This document shows positions 1 through 9,360 of a stretch of 64,000 nucleotides of DNA, one piece after another; position 1 is the stretch's first letter; each line of letters opens with the position of its first letter. Source of the DNA: an uncultured Alphaproteobacteria bacterium (GTDB lineage: Bacteria; Pseudomonadota; Alphaproteobacteria; Micavibrionales; Micavibrionaceae); contig CALHAR010000006.1 in assembly GCA_937931645.1 (NCBI GenBank), positions 6,585 to 70,584 on the forward strand, in the 5' to 3' direction. The translations under genes and the position numbers were made by a program. Under the pieces are notes generated by a model that saw only the letters and a list, made by a program, of their open reading frames with translations, was not told the origin of the DNA and searched no databases.

Positions 1-915
1 AACCCAACTCGCCCAACATTTCTTTTGCTTCGGCATAAAACTGATATCGCTATGCGTTACAATATGATTATCCTGATAATCAAAATCCCCTAAAATAGAG
101 AATTGATCGCGAGTTGGAGAATCAATTATTTTTAACGCTTCATCCGCATGACACGCAAAAATAACTTGATCAAAAACTTCTGTATTCCCTTTGATATCCT
201 GAACGTTAATATTATCACCCTGATGAGTGATCTTTTGTGCACTACAATTCAGCTTTACGTTGCCTTGTACGCTTTCTATAAGCCGCGTCACATACTCACG
301 ACTACCCCCAGTTACGGTGTACCATTGCGGGCGGTTTTTAATATTAAGAAGACCATGATTTTTAAAAAACTGTAAAAAAGTACGTGCAGGAAATTGCATA
401 ATTGTATCAACAGGACAACTCCAGATAGCCGCGCCCATCGCCAACAAATAATAGCGACGAAACCATTCCCCCATATTCAGTTGGTCTAAACAGTCTTGTA
501 GTGATATATCACTATCGCGCTCAATATATTTTAAAGCTTGTTTATTAAAACGTAAAATATCCGCTAACATGCCGTAATAGGCTGGGCGAACTAAATTACG
601 TTTTTGGGCGAACATACCGCCAGAGCCATATTCTAGCCACGCATTATTAATGCTCACACCAAAAGACATATCACTTTTTTGATAAGGCACATCTAACTCT
701 TTAAAGAGCTCCATTAAATTTGGATAGTTCCAATTATTGAAAACAATAAAACCTGTATCTACAGGTGTTTTTGAATCGCCTGTAGGCACTTCTATTGTAC
801 GGCTATGGCCGCCTAAATAAGAATTTTTTTCATAGACTGTAACATCATAAGAAGGATTTAAGAGATAGGCTGCGCCTAGACCAGAAATGCCTGCACCAAT
901 AATTGCAATTTTCAT
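1..915 (-). CDS. NAD(P)/FAD-dependent oxidoreductase, amine-oxidase-like (COG2907-type); C-terminal part lies outside the window
   Basis: Absent from the ORF track because it is open at the window edge. Reverse-strand ATG at 915-913 gives MKIAIIGAGISGLGAAYLL...VYEKNSYLGGHS (GxGxxG dinucleotide-binding fold). The frame stays open to position 1. Confidence 0.8.
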   Translation of the reverse strand, partial: MKIAIIGAGISGLGAAYLLNPSYDVTVYEKNSYLGGHSRTIEVPTGDSKTPVDTGFIVFNNWNYPNLMELFKELDVPYQKSDMSFGVSINNAWLEYGSGGMFAQKRNLVRPAYYGMLADILRFNKQALKYIERDSDISLQDCLDQLNMGEWFRRYYLLAMGAAIWSCPVDTIMQFPARTFLQFFKNHGLLNIKNRPQWYTVTGGSREYVTRLIESVQGNVKLNCSAQKITHQGDNINVQDIKGNTEVFDQVIFACHADEALKIIDSPTRDQFSILGDFDYQDNHIVTHSDISFMPKQKKCWASWV

Positions 916-1031
916 GCTGTCAGTATGCCGCGATAGCACCTATAAGTCTATATCGCATCGTCAAGTACGGTAATAAAAACAATAGATTTTAAGCCAGACA
1001 TCTTTCAAACACTGAAGTCAAAACGATCAAC

Positions 1032-1661
1032 TCACGTATTAAAAATACGATCTCCCGCATCACCCAAACCTGGTGTAATATAGGCTTTCTCGTTCAACTT
1101 TTCATCCAGCGCTGCCAAGTGAACATCAATATCAGGGTATTTATCATGCACGGCTTTCACACCTTCAGGTGCGCCAATAAGACCAACAAACTTTATTTGT
1201 TTCACGCCCCACTCTTTTAAAATATCTATCGTCGCCACCGCAGATCCCCCCGTTGCCAACATCGGGTCAATAACATACGCCACCTCCACAGGGTTATCTT
1301 TGGGCAGTTTATTATAATAATGCTCTGGTTGATGTGTTTCCTCATTGCGGTACATCCCTAAAAAATGCACTTCCGCTTGCGGTAAAAACTCTAAGAATGG
1401 GTCAACCAACCCTATCCCCGCCCTTAATATAGGAACAACACCAATACGCCCCGAAACAACCTCTTCTTGTGTTTCACAAATAGGGGTTTCGAAAGACTCA
1501 CTTTGCGTTTCTAAATCACGTGTTGCTTCTAAGGCAAGCATAAGGCCCAAGCGCCTTGTTTGCCGTCTAAATACTTCTGAAAATGTATTTTTATCTCTCA
1601 AATTTTTAAGATATTCCCCTTTTAAAGGATGATTTAAAACATAAACATTTTTATTCGACAT
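1032..1661 (-). CDS. upp: uracil phosphoribosyltransferase
   Basis: 209 aa. Typical UPRT motifs are present: VPILRAG, the PRPP loop VIDPMLATGGS and the C-terminal ITPGLGDAGDRIF. Confidence 0.95.
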   Translation of the reverse strand: MSNKNVYVLNHPLKGEYLKNLRDKNTFSEVFRRQTRRLGLMLALEATRDLETQSESFETPICETQEEVVSGRIGVVPILRAGIGLVDPFLEFLPQAEVHFLGMYRNEETHQPEHYYNKLPKDNPVEVAYVIDPMLATGGSAVATIDILKEWGVKQIKFVGLIGAPEGVKAVHDKYPDIDVHLAALDEKLNEKAYITPGLGDAGDRIFNT

Positions 1662-2227
1662 TATAACGCGGCCTTCCCTTTCCAGTCTTCAATATTCAGC
1701 TCAGGTTTTTCCAAAGCGTACTTCTTATAAAGCTCAATACCCTGTTTATCTTCTATGATATCAACCTGTATATTTTTCCCTTTTAACATCGCTTCATTAC
1801 CCGATGCATTTGTAACGTCCCCTACAACAACGCGGGCAAATCTTCGCATGTAAATAAGTGTGGCACAAACATCACACGGACTTAATGTTGTAAATATGGT
1901 TGTTTGGCTAAAATCTAATCGCCCTGCATCACGAATAGCCGAAGTTTCACCGTGGTTATAAGGATGATTTTCTTGCACTAAGGTGTTATGCCCCTTACCA
2001 ACAATCATACGGCTTTGGTTATTAATGATAACCGCCCCAATCGGGCAACCACCTTCATCATAGCTTTTTTGCGCTAATAAAACCGCAATACGCATAAAAT
2101 TTTCATCATCTAAACCCTGCCAAAAGCCATCATCAATGACAGAATTTAAACTCCGTGTTGGTAAATGCGCAATGACATTCAACACCTCGGGTATTATCTT
2201 CGTTTCTTGAGTAAAAAACTTATTCAT
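1661..2227 (-). CDS. CMP/dCMP-type zinc deaminase, probably a cytosine/nucleoside deaminase (yeast FCY1-like)
   Basis: 188 aa with an HGE zinc/catalytic motif (NHGETSAI) and PCDVC. Its stop overlaps the upp start by 1 nt, which suggests a salvage operon. Confidence 0.7.
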   Translation of the reverse strand: MNKFFTQETKIIPEVLNVIAHLPTRSLNSVIDDGFWQGLDDENFMRIAVLLAQKSYDEGGCPIGAVIINNQSRMIVGKGHNTLVQENHPYNHGETSAIRDAGRLDFSQTTIFTTLSPCDVCATLIYMRRFARVVVGDVTNASGNEAMLKGKNIQVDIIEDKQGIELYKKYALEKPELNIEDWKGKAAL

Positions 2228-2264
2228 AAGGCTATCATCATATTATTACACTATATTATCACGC

Positions 2265-2807
2265 TTAAAACTGGTACCGCACGCTTAAAAATGGGCTGGT
2301 GCCGACAATACCAAAATCATCATCACCCGTTCTATCATTTTCCGCAATATACGGTAAAGCGGCGATAGAAATTCCTGTATTCCAACGGCCATCACGACTC
2401 TCATAAATTTTCAGGCGTGCCTGCCCTGCAATTAAAGGAACAGGAAAATCTTGATACCCCGTAACCAACCCCAACGCTCCAGACAGCTCTAATTCTGTTG
2501 GGCCTAAAGGCAATATCCATGATGGTGTTACCCACCCCACCCCAACCGATGGATCACTTACACTATTTGGGCTTAAATAATAAACACCCCAACGGCCATA
2601 ATTTTGCGTTTCAACTTTTACAACAGCCAGTCCGTGATTCTCACGAAAATTTTCATCTTCAGATTGAAAATGCTTGGTCCAAATCGGACCCCCTTCAACC
2701 GTAACAGATTTGATAAATTTGTTGTTTGCTTCTTGCGCCAGAACGCTAGGGCTAAAAAAGAACAATAAAGATAGTACTATTATGAAACCATAAGTAGATT
2801 TAAACAT
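2265..2807 (-). CDS. secreted or outer-membrane protein of unknown function (C-terminal aromatic residue)
   Basis: Signal peptide IIVLSLLFFFSPSVLAQE. The protein ends in ...SVRYQF, like beta-barrel OMPs. Its C-terminal ~50 aa resemble those of ORF 5392-5868. Confidence 0.5.
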   Translation of the reverse strand: MFKSTYGFIIVLSLLFFFSPSVLAQEANNKFIKSVTVEGGPIWTKHFQSEDENFRENHGLAVVKVETQNYGRWGVYYLSPNSVSDPSVGVGWVTPSWILPLGPTELELSGALGLVTGYQDFPVPLIAGQARLKIYESRDGRWNTGISIAALPYIAENDRTGDDDFGIVGTSPFLSVRYQF

Positions 2808-2943
2808 ATTCTGCCCCCGCCTATCTCTTTCAATAACCCCCTAGTTGTAATGCCAAATAAATAAATTACAAGACTGGTTTTTATTTTATCCCTCTGCTAC
2901 TGAAAACTAATCTTACATATATATTCAGGGGGAATGATCAAAA

Positions 2944-3906
2944 ATGGATATTCATACAATTTACGCAATTATAGGCTTTCTATTGGCCTCCTACTCCGTC
3001 ATCGGTAATGATTCAGTGCAAACATTAGGAACCTTTATGGCATCTAATTTGCGTGTATTTAAATGGTACTGGTTATGGCTTGCCGCCAGTGCCGTGTTAA
3101 TCTTCACTCTGGCTTATGGGTGGCATATTAATGATGGAGACATCTCTTATGGACGCTTGGCTAAAATCCCCCCCGTTGAAATCCAATGGTACCATGCCGC
3201 TGCACCGGCTGTTTTGGTTTTACTAACCCGGTTTGGTATTCCCGTTTCCACCACCTTCCTTGTCTTATCTGTTTTTGCCTCTACATTTGTATTGGAAAAA
3301 ATGCTGGTGAAATCTATCGTTGGTTATGGTCTTGCGGCTGTTGTTGCTTACGTTCTTTGGATGGTCTTATCACGCTTTGTGAATGAAAAGTTCAATACGG
3401 TTAAAAAAGGAAGTCGTAAATATTGGCGTACCGCACAATGGCTCTCTACGGGTTTCTTATGGTTTTCATGGTTGTCCCATGACATGGCCAATATCGCCGT
3501 TTTCCTACCCCGTCAATTACCGCTTGATCTGCTTATTGGCGCCATCGCTGTATTGGTCGCGTGGCTTGGCGTTATTTTCTATACCCATGGTGGTAAAATC
3601 CAAAAAATCATGCTGGAAAAAACAGGGTCACGCTTTATGCGCTCTGCAACTATTATTGATTTAATTTACGCCATGATCCTTTGGTACTTTAAAGAGCTAA
3701 ATAGTATCCCAATGTCCACAACATGGGTTTTTGTTGGCTTACTAACGGGGCGTGAACTCGCCATTGCAACAGCACACCGTGCAAATTACAACTTCAAATA
3801 TGTTTTCCCAATTATTGGTAAAGACTTTGGAAAAATGATGCTCGGTCTAATGGTCTCTGTTGCGCTGGTCTTAACCGTTCATTACTTACTTCTCCCTGCT
3901 GAATAA
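2944..3906 (+). CDS. polytopic membrane protein, PiT (PHO4)-like phosphate permease candidate
   Basis: 320 aa with about 9-10 hydrophobic helices. It has two PiT-signature-like motifs, GNDSVQTLGT near the N-terminus and SHDMANIA in the second half. An OprO/P-like porin gene is adjacent. Confidence 0.5.
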   Translation: MDIHTIYAIIGFLLASYSVIGNDSVQTLGTFMASNLRVFKWYWLWLAASAVLIFTLAYGWHINDGDISYGRLAKIPPVEIQWYHAAAPAVLVLLTRFGIPVSTTFLVLSVFASTFVLEKMLVKSIVGYGLAAVVAYVLWMVLSRFVNEKFNTVKKGSRKYWRTAQWLSTGFLWFSWLSHDMANIAVFLPRQLPLDLLIGAIAVLVAWLGVIFYTHGGKIQKIMLEKTGSRFMRSATIIDLIYAMILWYFKELNSIPMSTTWVFVGLLTGRELAIATAHRANYNFKYVFPIIGKDFGKMMLGLMVSVALVLTVHYLLLPAE

Positions 3907-3950
3907 GGAACGATTAAGAATAAAGAACAATTAAATAGAGGACTAAAAAT

Positions 3951-5357
3951 ATGTTACCTAAAGTTTTATTACTCTCAACCGCTTTATTATTAACCCAGAC
4001 TGCGCCCGCCTTTGCTGATGCGAAAGATGATCGTATCGCCGCCATGGAAACGCAAATGCGGCTTATGATGCAAGAAATTGAATCTTTAAAAGCCGAACGT
4101 GCCGCAGAAAAACTAACGATACAGCAAGAACAATCTGCCCTTAAACAACAGGTTGAAACCAAAATCCAAGCGCTTGAAACAAAAACCGATAATGCTGTCG
4201 CTAACATCTCTCCAGCGGCGGGCAATATTAAACTGGATAATGACGTTACCGTATCAATGAAAGGGGCAACGCCCAAAATAACCAAGGGTAATTTCTCATG
4301 GCAACCCACAGGGCGTATCCATATTGATGCTGGCGCTATTGATGATGATAGAGTCGATAACCCGAACAGTACAGAAGTTCGCCGCGCCCGCCTTGGCGCA
4401 AAAGGAAGCTTTGATAAAGATTTAGAGTATAAACTTGAGGTCGATTTTGCTGGCAGTTCTACCAGCCTTAATGATGCTTATATTAATTACTCAGGGATTA
4501 AAAATACTGACATTACCGTTGGGCATTTCAAACCAGCCTATAGTTTAGAAGAAACAATGAGCTCTAATGACCTGACTTTTATTGAACGTTCTTCCGCTGT
4601 TGATTCCTTCACCAGCTCTCGTAAAATTGGACTTGGCTTTAATACACGCGGTGAAAATTGGACGGGTGCCGCAGGTATATTTGGCGCAGGTGCAAATACC
4701 GAAAGCAACGATGATGAAGAATGGTCAATTGCAGGGCGCGTGACCGCCGCGCCTATCAAAAATAATAATAAAGTCCTTCACCTTGGGGCGTCTGCCGCTT
4801 ATCGCGAACCCGACCAAGAAAATGACCGTTTTGATTTTGATGCCACGGCAGAAAATCGTATACAAGGCAACGACTCTGTCTCCATCGTTTTAAATGATGC
4901 TGACAATGCACAAGTTTATGGTCTTGAGGCCGCTGCCGTTCTCGGCCCCCTCTCCCTTCAGGGGGAATATGTCCGCGCTGATGTTAATAATCGCGGTGGT
5001 CAAGACCCAAGCTTTGACGGATATTACGCGCAAGCCGCTTACACAGTAACAGGTGAAACCCGCCCTTATAAATCATCCAAAGGTGCCTTCGGCCGTATCA
5101 AACCTGACAACCCTCTTGACCCATCAAAAGGGGATTGGGGCGCGCTTGAACTCGCGGCACGTTACTCAACGCTTGATTTAAATGATAGCGGATTAACAGG
5201 CGGGGAGCTTGATACTGTGACCCTTGGTGCCAACTGGTATCTCAATAATAATATCCGCTTTTTAGGGAATGTTATTTTTGTTGATACAGACAATAACGCA
5301 CCAATACCAGATGATGACCCAACAATTTACATCATGCGCTCACAGGTTGTCTTTTAA
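3951..5357 (+). CDS. phosphate-selective porin O/P family outer-membrane protein with an N-terminal coiled coil
   Basis: Signal peptide ending AFA-DA, then a coiled-coil N-terminus. Beta-strand-rich body with GANWYLNNNIRFLGNVIFVD and a terminal ...SQVVF. Confidence 0.7.
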   Translation: MLPKVLLLSTALLLTQTAPAFADAKDDRIAAMETQMRLMMQEIESLKAERAAEKLTIQQEQSALKQQVETKIQALETKTDNAVANISPAAGNIKLDNDVTVSMKGATPKITKGNFSWQPTGRIHIDAGAIDDDRVDNPNSTEVRRARLGAKGSFDKDLEYKLEVDFAGSSTSLNDAYINYSGIKNTDITVGHFKPAYSLEETMSSNDLTFIERSSAVDSFTSSRKIGLGFNTRGENWTGAAGIFGAGANTESNDDEEWSIAGRVTAAPIKNNNKVLHLGASAAYREPDQENDRFDFDATAENRIQGNDSVSIVLNDADNAQVYGLEAAAVLGPLSLQGEYVRADVNNRGGQDPSFDGYYAQAAYTVTGETRPYKSSKGAFGRIKPDNPLDPSKGDWGALELAARYSTLDLNDSGLTGGELDTVTLGANWYLNNNIRFLGNVIFVDTDNNAPIPDDDPTIYIMRSQVVF

Positions 5358-5391
5358 GAAGAAAATTAAAGTTTGAAATTTAAGGCTTCAC

Positions 5392-5868
5392 TTATTCACC
5401 CAGTCTAAGGCGTAAGCTGACGAATGGGGCTGTGTTGCCAATATCAAAATTGTCATCACCTGAATTTCTATTGATTGACGGTGGTAACATCGCAACACCT
5501 AAACCGGCGCTCCATTTTTCATCGCGATCATTCAAAAACTTTAATCTTGGTTGCTGCACAGCAGGAGTGGTAGAAAAACCATCCTCCTCTGAAAAAGAGC
5601 TAAACGATTCCACCAGTTCAAAAATATCATCATCATTTTTGATTGGATTTTGAGCCGAATTTTCAATTGATGGACTTTGAATTGATGGGCTTTGATCTGA
5701 GTCTAGTTCCGAATTTTCGATTAAATATTGCACAGAATCATAGATTGATGGAATTTCAATGTTTTTAACGTTCTCAACTACTTGTGCGTGCGTTACCGTC
5801 ACTGATGCGCATATAAGGGCAAAGCTACACAGGCCTAAACTAAAATATTTTTTAAGATTTAATGTCAT
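5392..5868 (-). CDS. secreted protein of unknown function, C-terminal paralogue of ORF 2265-2807
   Basis: I prefer the ATG at 5868 (MTLNLKKYFSLGLCSFALICASVTVTHAQ signal peptide) over the track start at 5931. The C-terminus RLKFLNDRDEKWSAGLGVAMLP...GDDNFDIGNTAPFVSLR aligns with RLKIYESRDGRWNTGISIAALP...GDDDFGIVGTSPFLSVR. Confidence 0.5.
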   Translation of the reverse strand: MTLNLKKYFSLGLCSFALICASVTVTHAQVVENVKNIEIPSIYDSVQYLIENSELDSDQSPSIQSPSIENSAQNPIKNDDDIFELVESFSSFSEEDGFSTTPAVQQPRLKFLNDRDEKWSAGLGVAMLPPSINRNSGDDNFDIGNTAPFVSLRLRLGE

Positions 5869-5957
5869 TGTAAATTTCACGGTTAATCCTAACATAATTT
5901 TATTATAGATTAAAAATTTTAATAAAATCATAAACTTTTATGTTAAAACCCTATTAC

Positions 5958-7319
5958 TCAATAACGGGATTTACTAAACACAAACTTATCAAGAAGTGGC
6001 GGCAACGCCAGACCCATAAAAAAGAAATAAGCAACGTAGTAATCTTGGTATAGCTCCAAAACATATAACAATAATACTCCTAAGGTAATAACTATCATAG
6101 AACAGAATATACTATTATCTGTAGGTTTTCTAACAGGAAGTAGCATATAAACCAGTGGTGAAAGCGCCACCCACAACGCAATCAAAAACCAAAAAACTGC
6201 GGTCACATCTCTTGTCAACAAAGATAAACCTAACACAGCACCCATTAAAATAAATATAGATAAGCGCATTAACATTCGTGGTTTATCTATTTTTTTACCT
6301 AATAAATGTCCTAGATCCGTTGATAAACACTGCGCCGCAATAAATAATATAGTATCAACAGTTGACATTATGATACATAAAATAGAAACAAGAAACAAAG
6401 ATCCCAACCAGCTCGGTAACGTCTCATAGGCAATAAAAGAAAATAATTTTTCATCCTGAGTATCTTGAAATAACGATCCTCCCAATATAATTAAATATAT
6501 AATGAGACCATAAGTTACAATGTAGAAAGCACTTGTATACACCAATGCTTTCTGAGCATGCTCCGCAGATTTAGCCGCTAAAACACGTTGCCACACAGTA
6601 CTCTCACTAAATTGCAACGCAAAGAAGCCAAAAAATCCCGCTATAAACCCTTTCCAAGATAAGCCCGGTTTATCCACCACATAGGATTTATAATCAATAT
6701 CGGGAGCATCTTTGGTTAAATATAAACATGAAATGAACACAAAAATTAACAATCCAGATTGAATCAGGTCCGTTCTAATTAAAGACTTAAAACCGCCAAA
6801 AAGTAAATAAAGGCCAATCACAATAGAAATTAAAAAGACCGATTGATTATAAGTTAATGCTGTCACATTTGATAAAACAAGGCCACTCCCTACAATTTCA
6901 AAAAGTAACCAAACCAAAAAAAGAATAAAGACAAAAATAAGAACAAAATATCCTGATTTTTTACCAAATATACCATGCACCATCTCAGTCATGGTAACCC
7001 AATTATTTTTCCTTGCTAATTCATAAGGTTTTTTTACAAAATAGGAGAAAACAAGAAGGTTAGTGACGGCTCCCAAGGCCAAAAATAAGTAGGCTGGTAA
7101 ATCATTAAAAACAAAATAAAGTATGAGAGCTAATGCTCCACCACCCAACCAGCTTGTACTTAAACTAATTGCCAAGGGAACAGCACTCACCCCTCTGGCA
7201 CCAATTATGAAATCTTCTGTAGTTTCCTTTTTAGAGAAAAAGTAGCTAATTGATATAATTAAGAATACGTATAAACCAGCAGCAATATAAAACATCGAAT
7301 TTTCTCCTTTATCATTCAC
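5958..7319 (-). CDS. sodium:solute symporter family (SSF) transporter
   Basis: 453 aa with about 12-13 TM helices and an SSF-like N-terminus (FFSKKETTEDFIIGARGVS). It overlaps the upstream gene by 4 nt. Confidence 0.7.
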   Translation of the reverse strand: MNDKGENSMFYIAAGLYVFLIISISYFFSKKETTEDFIIGARGVSAVPLAISLSTSWLGGGALALILYFVFNDLPAYLFLALGAVTNLLVFSYFVKKPYELARKNNWVTMTEMVHGIFGKKSGYFVLIFVFILFLVWLLFEIVGSGLVLSNVTALTYNQSVFLISIVIGLYLLFGGFKSLIRTDLIQSGLLIFVFISCLYLTKDAPDIDYKSYVVDKPGLSWKGFIAGFFGFFALQFSESTVWQRVLAAKSAEHAQKALVYTSAFYIVTYGLIIYLIILGGSLFQDTQDEKLFSFIAYETLPSWLGSLFLVSILCIIMSTVDTILFIAAQCLSTDLGHLLGKKIDKPRMLMRLSIFILMGAVLGLSLLTRDVTAVFWFLIALWVALSPLVYMLLPVRKPTDNSIFCSMIVITLGVLLLYVLELYQDYYVAYFFFMGLALPPLLDKFVFSKSRY

Positions 7320-8080
7320 TCAATAATCGGATTTACGTCGCCTAAAGATATAACAAAATCTGCAACTTCTTGCGTTACCGTGGCCAGAACAGTCTCATCC
7401 GTGCCGCGTAGAACCAAATTCGTTCCAAACTTTCCATCTTGGTATTTCGGGTATGACCCAAGGGACAGCATCGGGTATTTATTTTGAATAATTGTAAGCC
7501 CATCGGCCACCACACTTTCGGCCAAGGCAACGGTGACAGATCGTGATATCACAGGGTCGCCCCCTTGCAAGGTTGGCAAGATACTATCAAACATCGCCTG
7601 CATAATCCGCGGTACACCCGCCATCACATAAACGTTACCGATATTAATCCCCGCCGCACCGCTTACAGGGTTATCAATCAGTGTCGCACCCTTGGGAATC
7701 ATCGCCATCTTCTTACGACTTTCGGTGATTTCGCTTTCATCTTTATAATAGGCCAACAGCTCATTATACGCCTCTTGGTTAAGCTCTAACTCAACGCCAA
7801 ATGCTTTTGCCACATTCTCCGCCGTAATATCATCATGGGTTGGGCCAATACCGCCCGTGGTAAACACATAATCATGCGCGTTACGCATTTCATTCACGGT
7901 ATCAATAATAGTTTGCCCATCATCGGGGATAACCCGCACCTCCATAAGACGCACCCCGCTATCATTCAGCTTTTCTGCAATATAGGGGGTATTGGCATCT
8001 TTCGTACGGCCAGACAGGATTTCATCACCAATAGTGATTAATGCCGCCGTATAAATATCTGTATTACCGTCTTGCGTCAT
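7316..8080 (-). CDS. CinA-like / MoCF-biosynthesis (molybdopterin-binding) domain protein
   Basis: The motifs ITIGDEILSGRTKDANTPYIAEKL and TTGGIGPTHDDIT are typical of the CinA N-terminal domain. Confidence 0.8.
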   Translation of the reverse strand: MTQDGNTDIYTAALITIGDEILSGRTKDANTPYIAEKLNDSGVRLMEVRVIPDDGQTIIDTVNEMRNAHDYVFTTGGIGPTHDDITAENVAKAFGVELELNQEAYNELLAYYKDESEITESRKKMAMIPKGATLIDNPVSGAAGINIGNVYVMAGVPRIMQAMFDSILPTLQGGDPVISRSVTVALAESVVADGLTIIQNKYPMLSLGSYPKYQDGKFGTNLVLRGTDETVLATVTQEVADFVISLGDVNPIIE

Positions 8081-8124
8081 ATTTTATCCTTTAAATTGTT
8101 GCCTATATATATAAACTGTACGTC

Positions 8125-8955
8125 ATGATGACACAAGGACAAGCCCCAAAAAGAGAACCGAAATATAACCATAGCGGAATCGAGATTCATAACGAGGCCG
8201 ATTTTGAAGGCATGCGCGCCGCAGGCAAGCTCGCCGCTCAAACATTGGATATGATTACCGATCATGTGCAGCCCGGCGTCACAACCGAAGAGCTAGACCG
8301 CCTCTGCCATCTCTATATAACCAAGCATGGCGCCATCCCCGCACCGCTTAATTATAAAGGTTTTCCTAAATCTATTTGCACCTCCATCAACCATGTTGTA
8401 TGCCACGGTATCCCAGAAGAAAAAACGTTGCGCGAAGGCGACATCCTTAATATTGATGTCACGGTTATTTTAGATGGCTGGCATGGTGATACATCGCGCA
8501 TGTTTTTTGTCGGCAATAAAATATCCGTCAAAGCGCGCAAACTTTGTGATGTCACCTATGATTGCACAATGGCAGGAATCGAAGCCGTCAAACCAGGCGC
8601 AACCTTAGGCGATATCGGATATGCCATCCAAGAGATCGCCCACGCTAACCGTTTTTCCGTTGTTCGTGATTTTTGTGGCCACGGTTTAGGCCGTATCTTC
8701 CACGCCCCACCTTCCGTTGTTCATTTTGGTCAACCGGGTGAAGGTGAAGTGTTGGAACCTGGCATGTTCTTCACGATTGAGCCAATGATTAACACAGGAA
8801 AATACCATACAAAAATCCTTCAAGATGGCTGGACAGCCGTCACGCGTGACCGCTCGCTCTCGGCGCAGTATGAGCATTCCCTCGCCGTGACCGAAACTGG
8901 CTTTGAAATTTTCACCCTGTCACCCAAGGGGCATACAAAACCACCCTATGCCTAA
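8125..8955 (+). CDS. map: type I methionine aminopeptidase
   Basis: 276 aa with the motifs VCHGIP, DIVNID-like (GDILNIDVT), GHGLG, FTIEP and EHSL. Confidence 0.95.
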   Translation: MMTQGQAPKREPKYNHSGIEIHNEADFEGMRAAGKLAAQTLDMITDHVQPGVTTEELDRLCHLYITKHGAIPAPLNYKGFPKSICTSINHVVCHGIPEEKTLREGDILNIDVTVILDGWHGDTSRMFFVGNKISVKARKLCDVTYDCTMAGIEAVKPGATLGDIGYAIQEIAHANRFSVVRDFCGHGLGRIFHAPPSVVHFGQPGEGEVLEPGMFFTIEPMINTGKYHTKILQDGWTAVTRDRSLSAQYEHSLAVTETGFEIFTLSPKGHTKPPYA

Positions 8956-8982
8956 TCTTTATCGCTATACCAATAACTCACC

Positions 8983-9050
8983 TCGTCATACCTGCTCTTC
9001 ATTTCGTCATGCCCGCGCTTCATTTCGTCATGCCCGCGCAGGCGGGCACC
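8983..9050. repeat. tandem 21-nt repeat (tcgtcat[ga]cc[ct]gc[gt]cttcatt, 2 full copies plus a third ending in a GC hairpin)
   Basis: Copies lie at 8983-9003, 9004-9024 and 9025-9050. The last contains the hairpin TGCCCGC-gcag-GCGGGCA (9031-9048), 10 nt before the GIY-YIG ATG. Confidence 0.85.
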
Positions 9051-9057
9051 TGGCAAC

Positions 9058-9360
9058 ATGACCAGAGAAAACAAAAGATTTTACGTTTACATTCTAGCAA
9101 AAGAACGCAACAGTACATTTTATGTCGGCATGACATCCAACTTACAAAAGCGCACATGGGAACATAAAAACGAAGTTGCTGACGGATTTACAAAGAAATA
9201 CTCTATAAAGAGATTAGTTTATTATGAAATTTTTGATGACCCAGAAAATGCAATAAAACGCGAAAAACGTTTAAAGAAATGGAACCGTCCATGGAAAATG
9301 CGAATTATAGAAGAAATGAACCCGAACTGGGACGATTTATATGAAAAAATCTGCGCGTAA
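9058..9360 (+). CDS. GIY-YIG nuclease superfamily protein (UPF0213-like)
   Basis: 100 aa with FYVYIL...FYVGMTSNLQKRTWEHK...KRLVYYE...AIKREKRLKKW. Confidence 0.9.
   Translation: MTRENKRFYVYILAKERNSTFYVGMTSNLQKRTWEHKNEVADGFTKKYSIKRLVYYEIFDDPENAIKREKRLKKWNRPWKMRIIEEMNPNWDDLYEKICA

Noticed and set aside
148-375. 75-aa plus-strand ORF at the window start
   Set aside because: It lies antisense within the FAD-dependent oxidoreductase gene, which reads through the whole 1-915 interval.
3914-4309. 131-aa minus-strand ORF overlapping the porin 5' end
   Set aside because: It is antisense to the porin's signal peptide and coiled-coil region. The translation is Cys/Ser-rich and implausible.
8983-9050. 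Possible CRISPR-like array from the repeated 21-nt units
   Set aside because: The units are directly adjacent with no spacers, there are only about 2.5 copies, and there are no cas genes. It is a tandem REP-type repeat.
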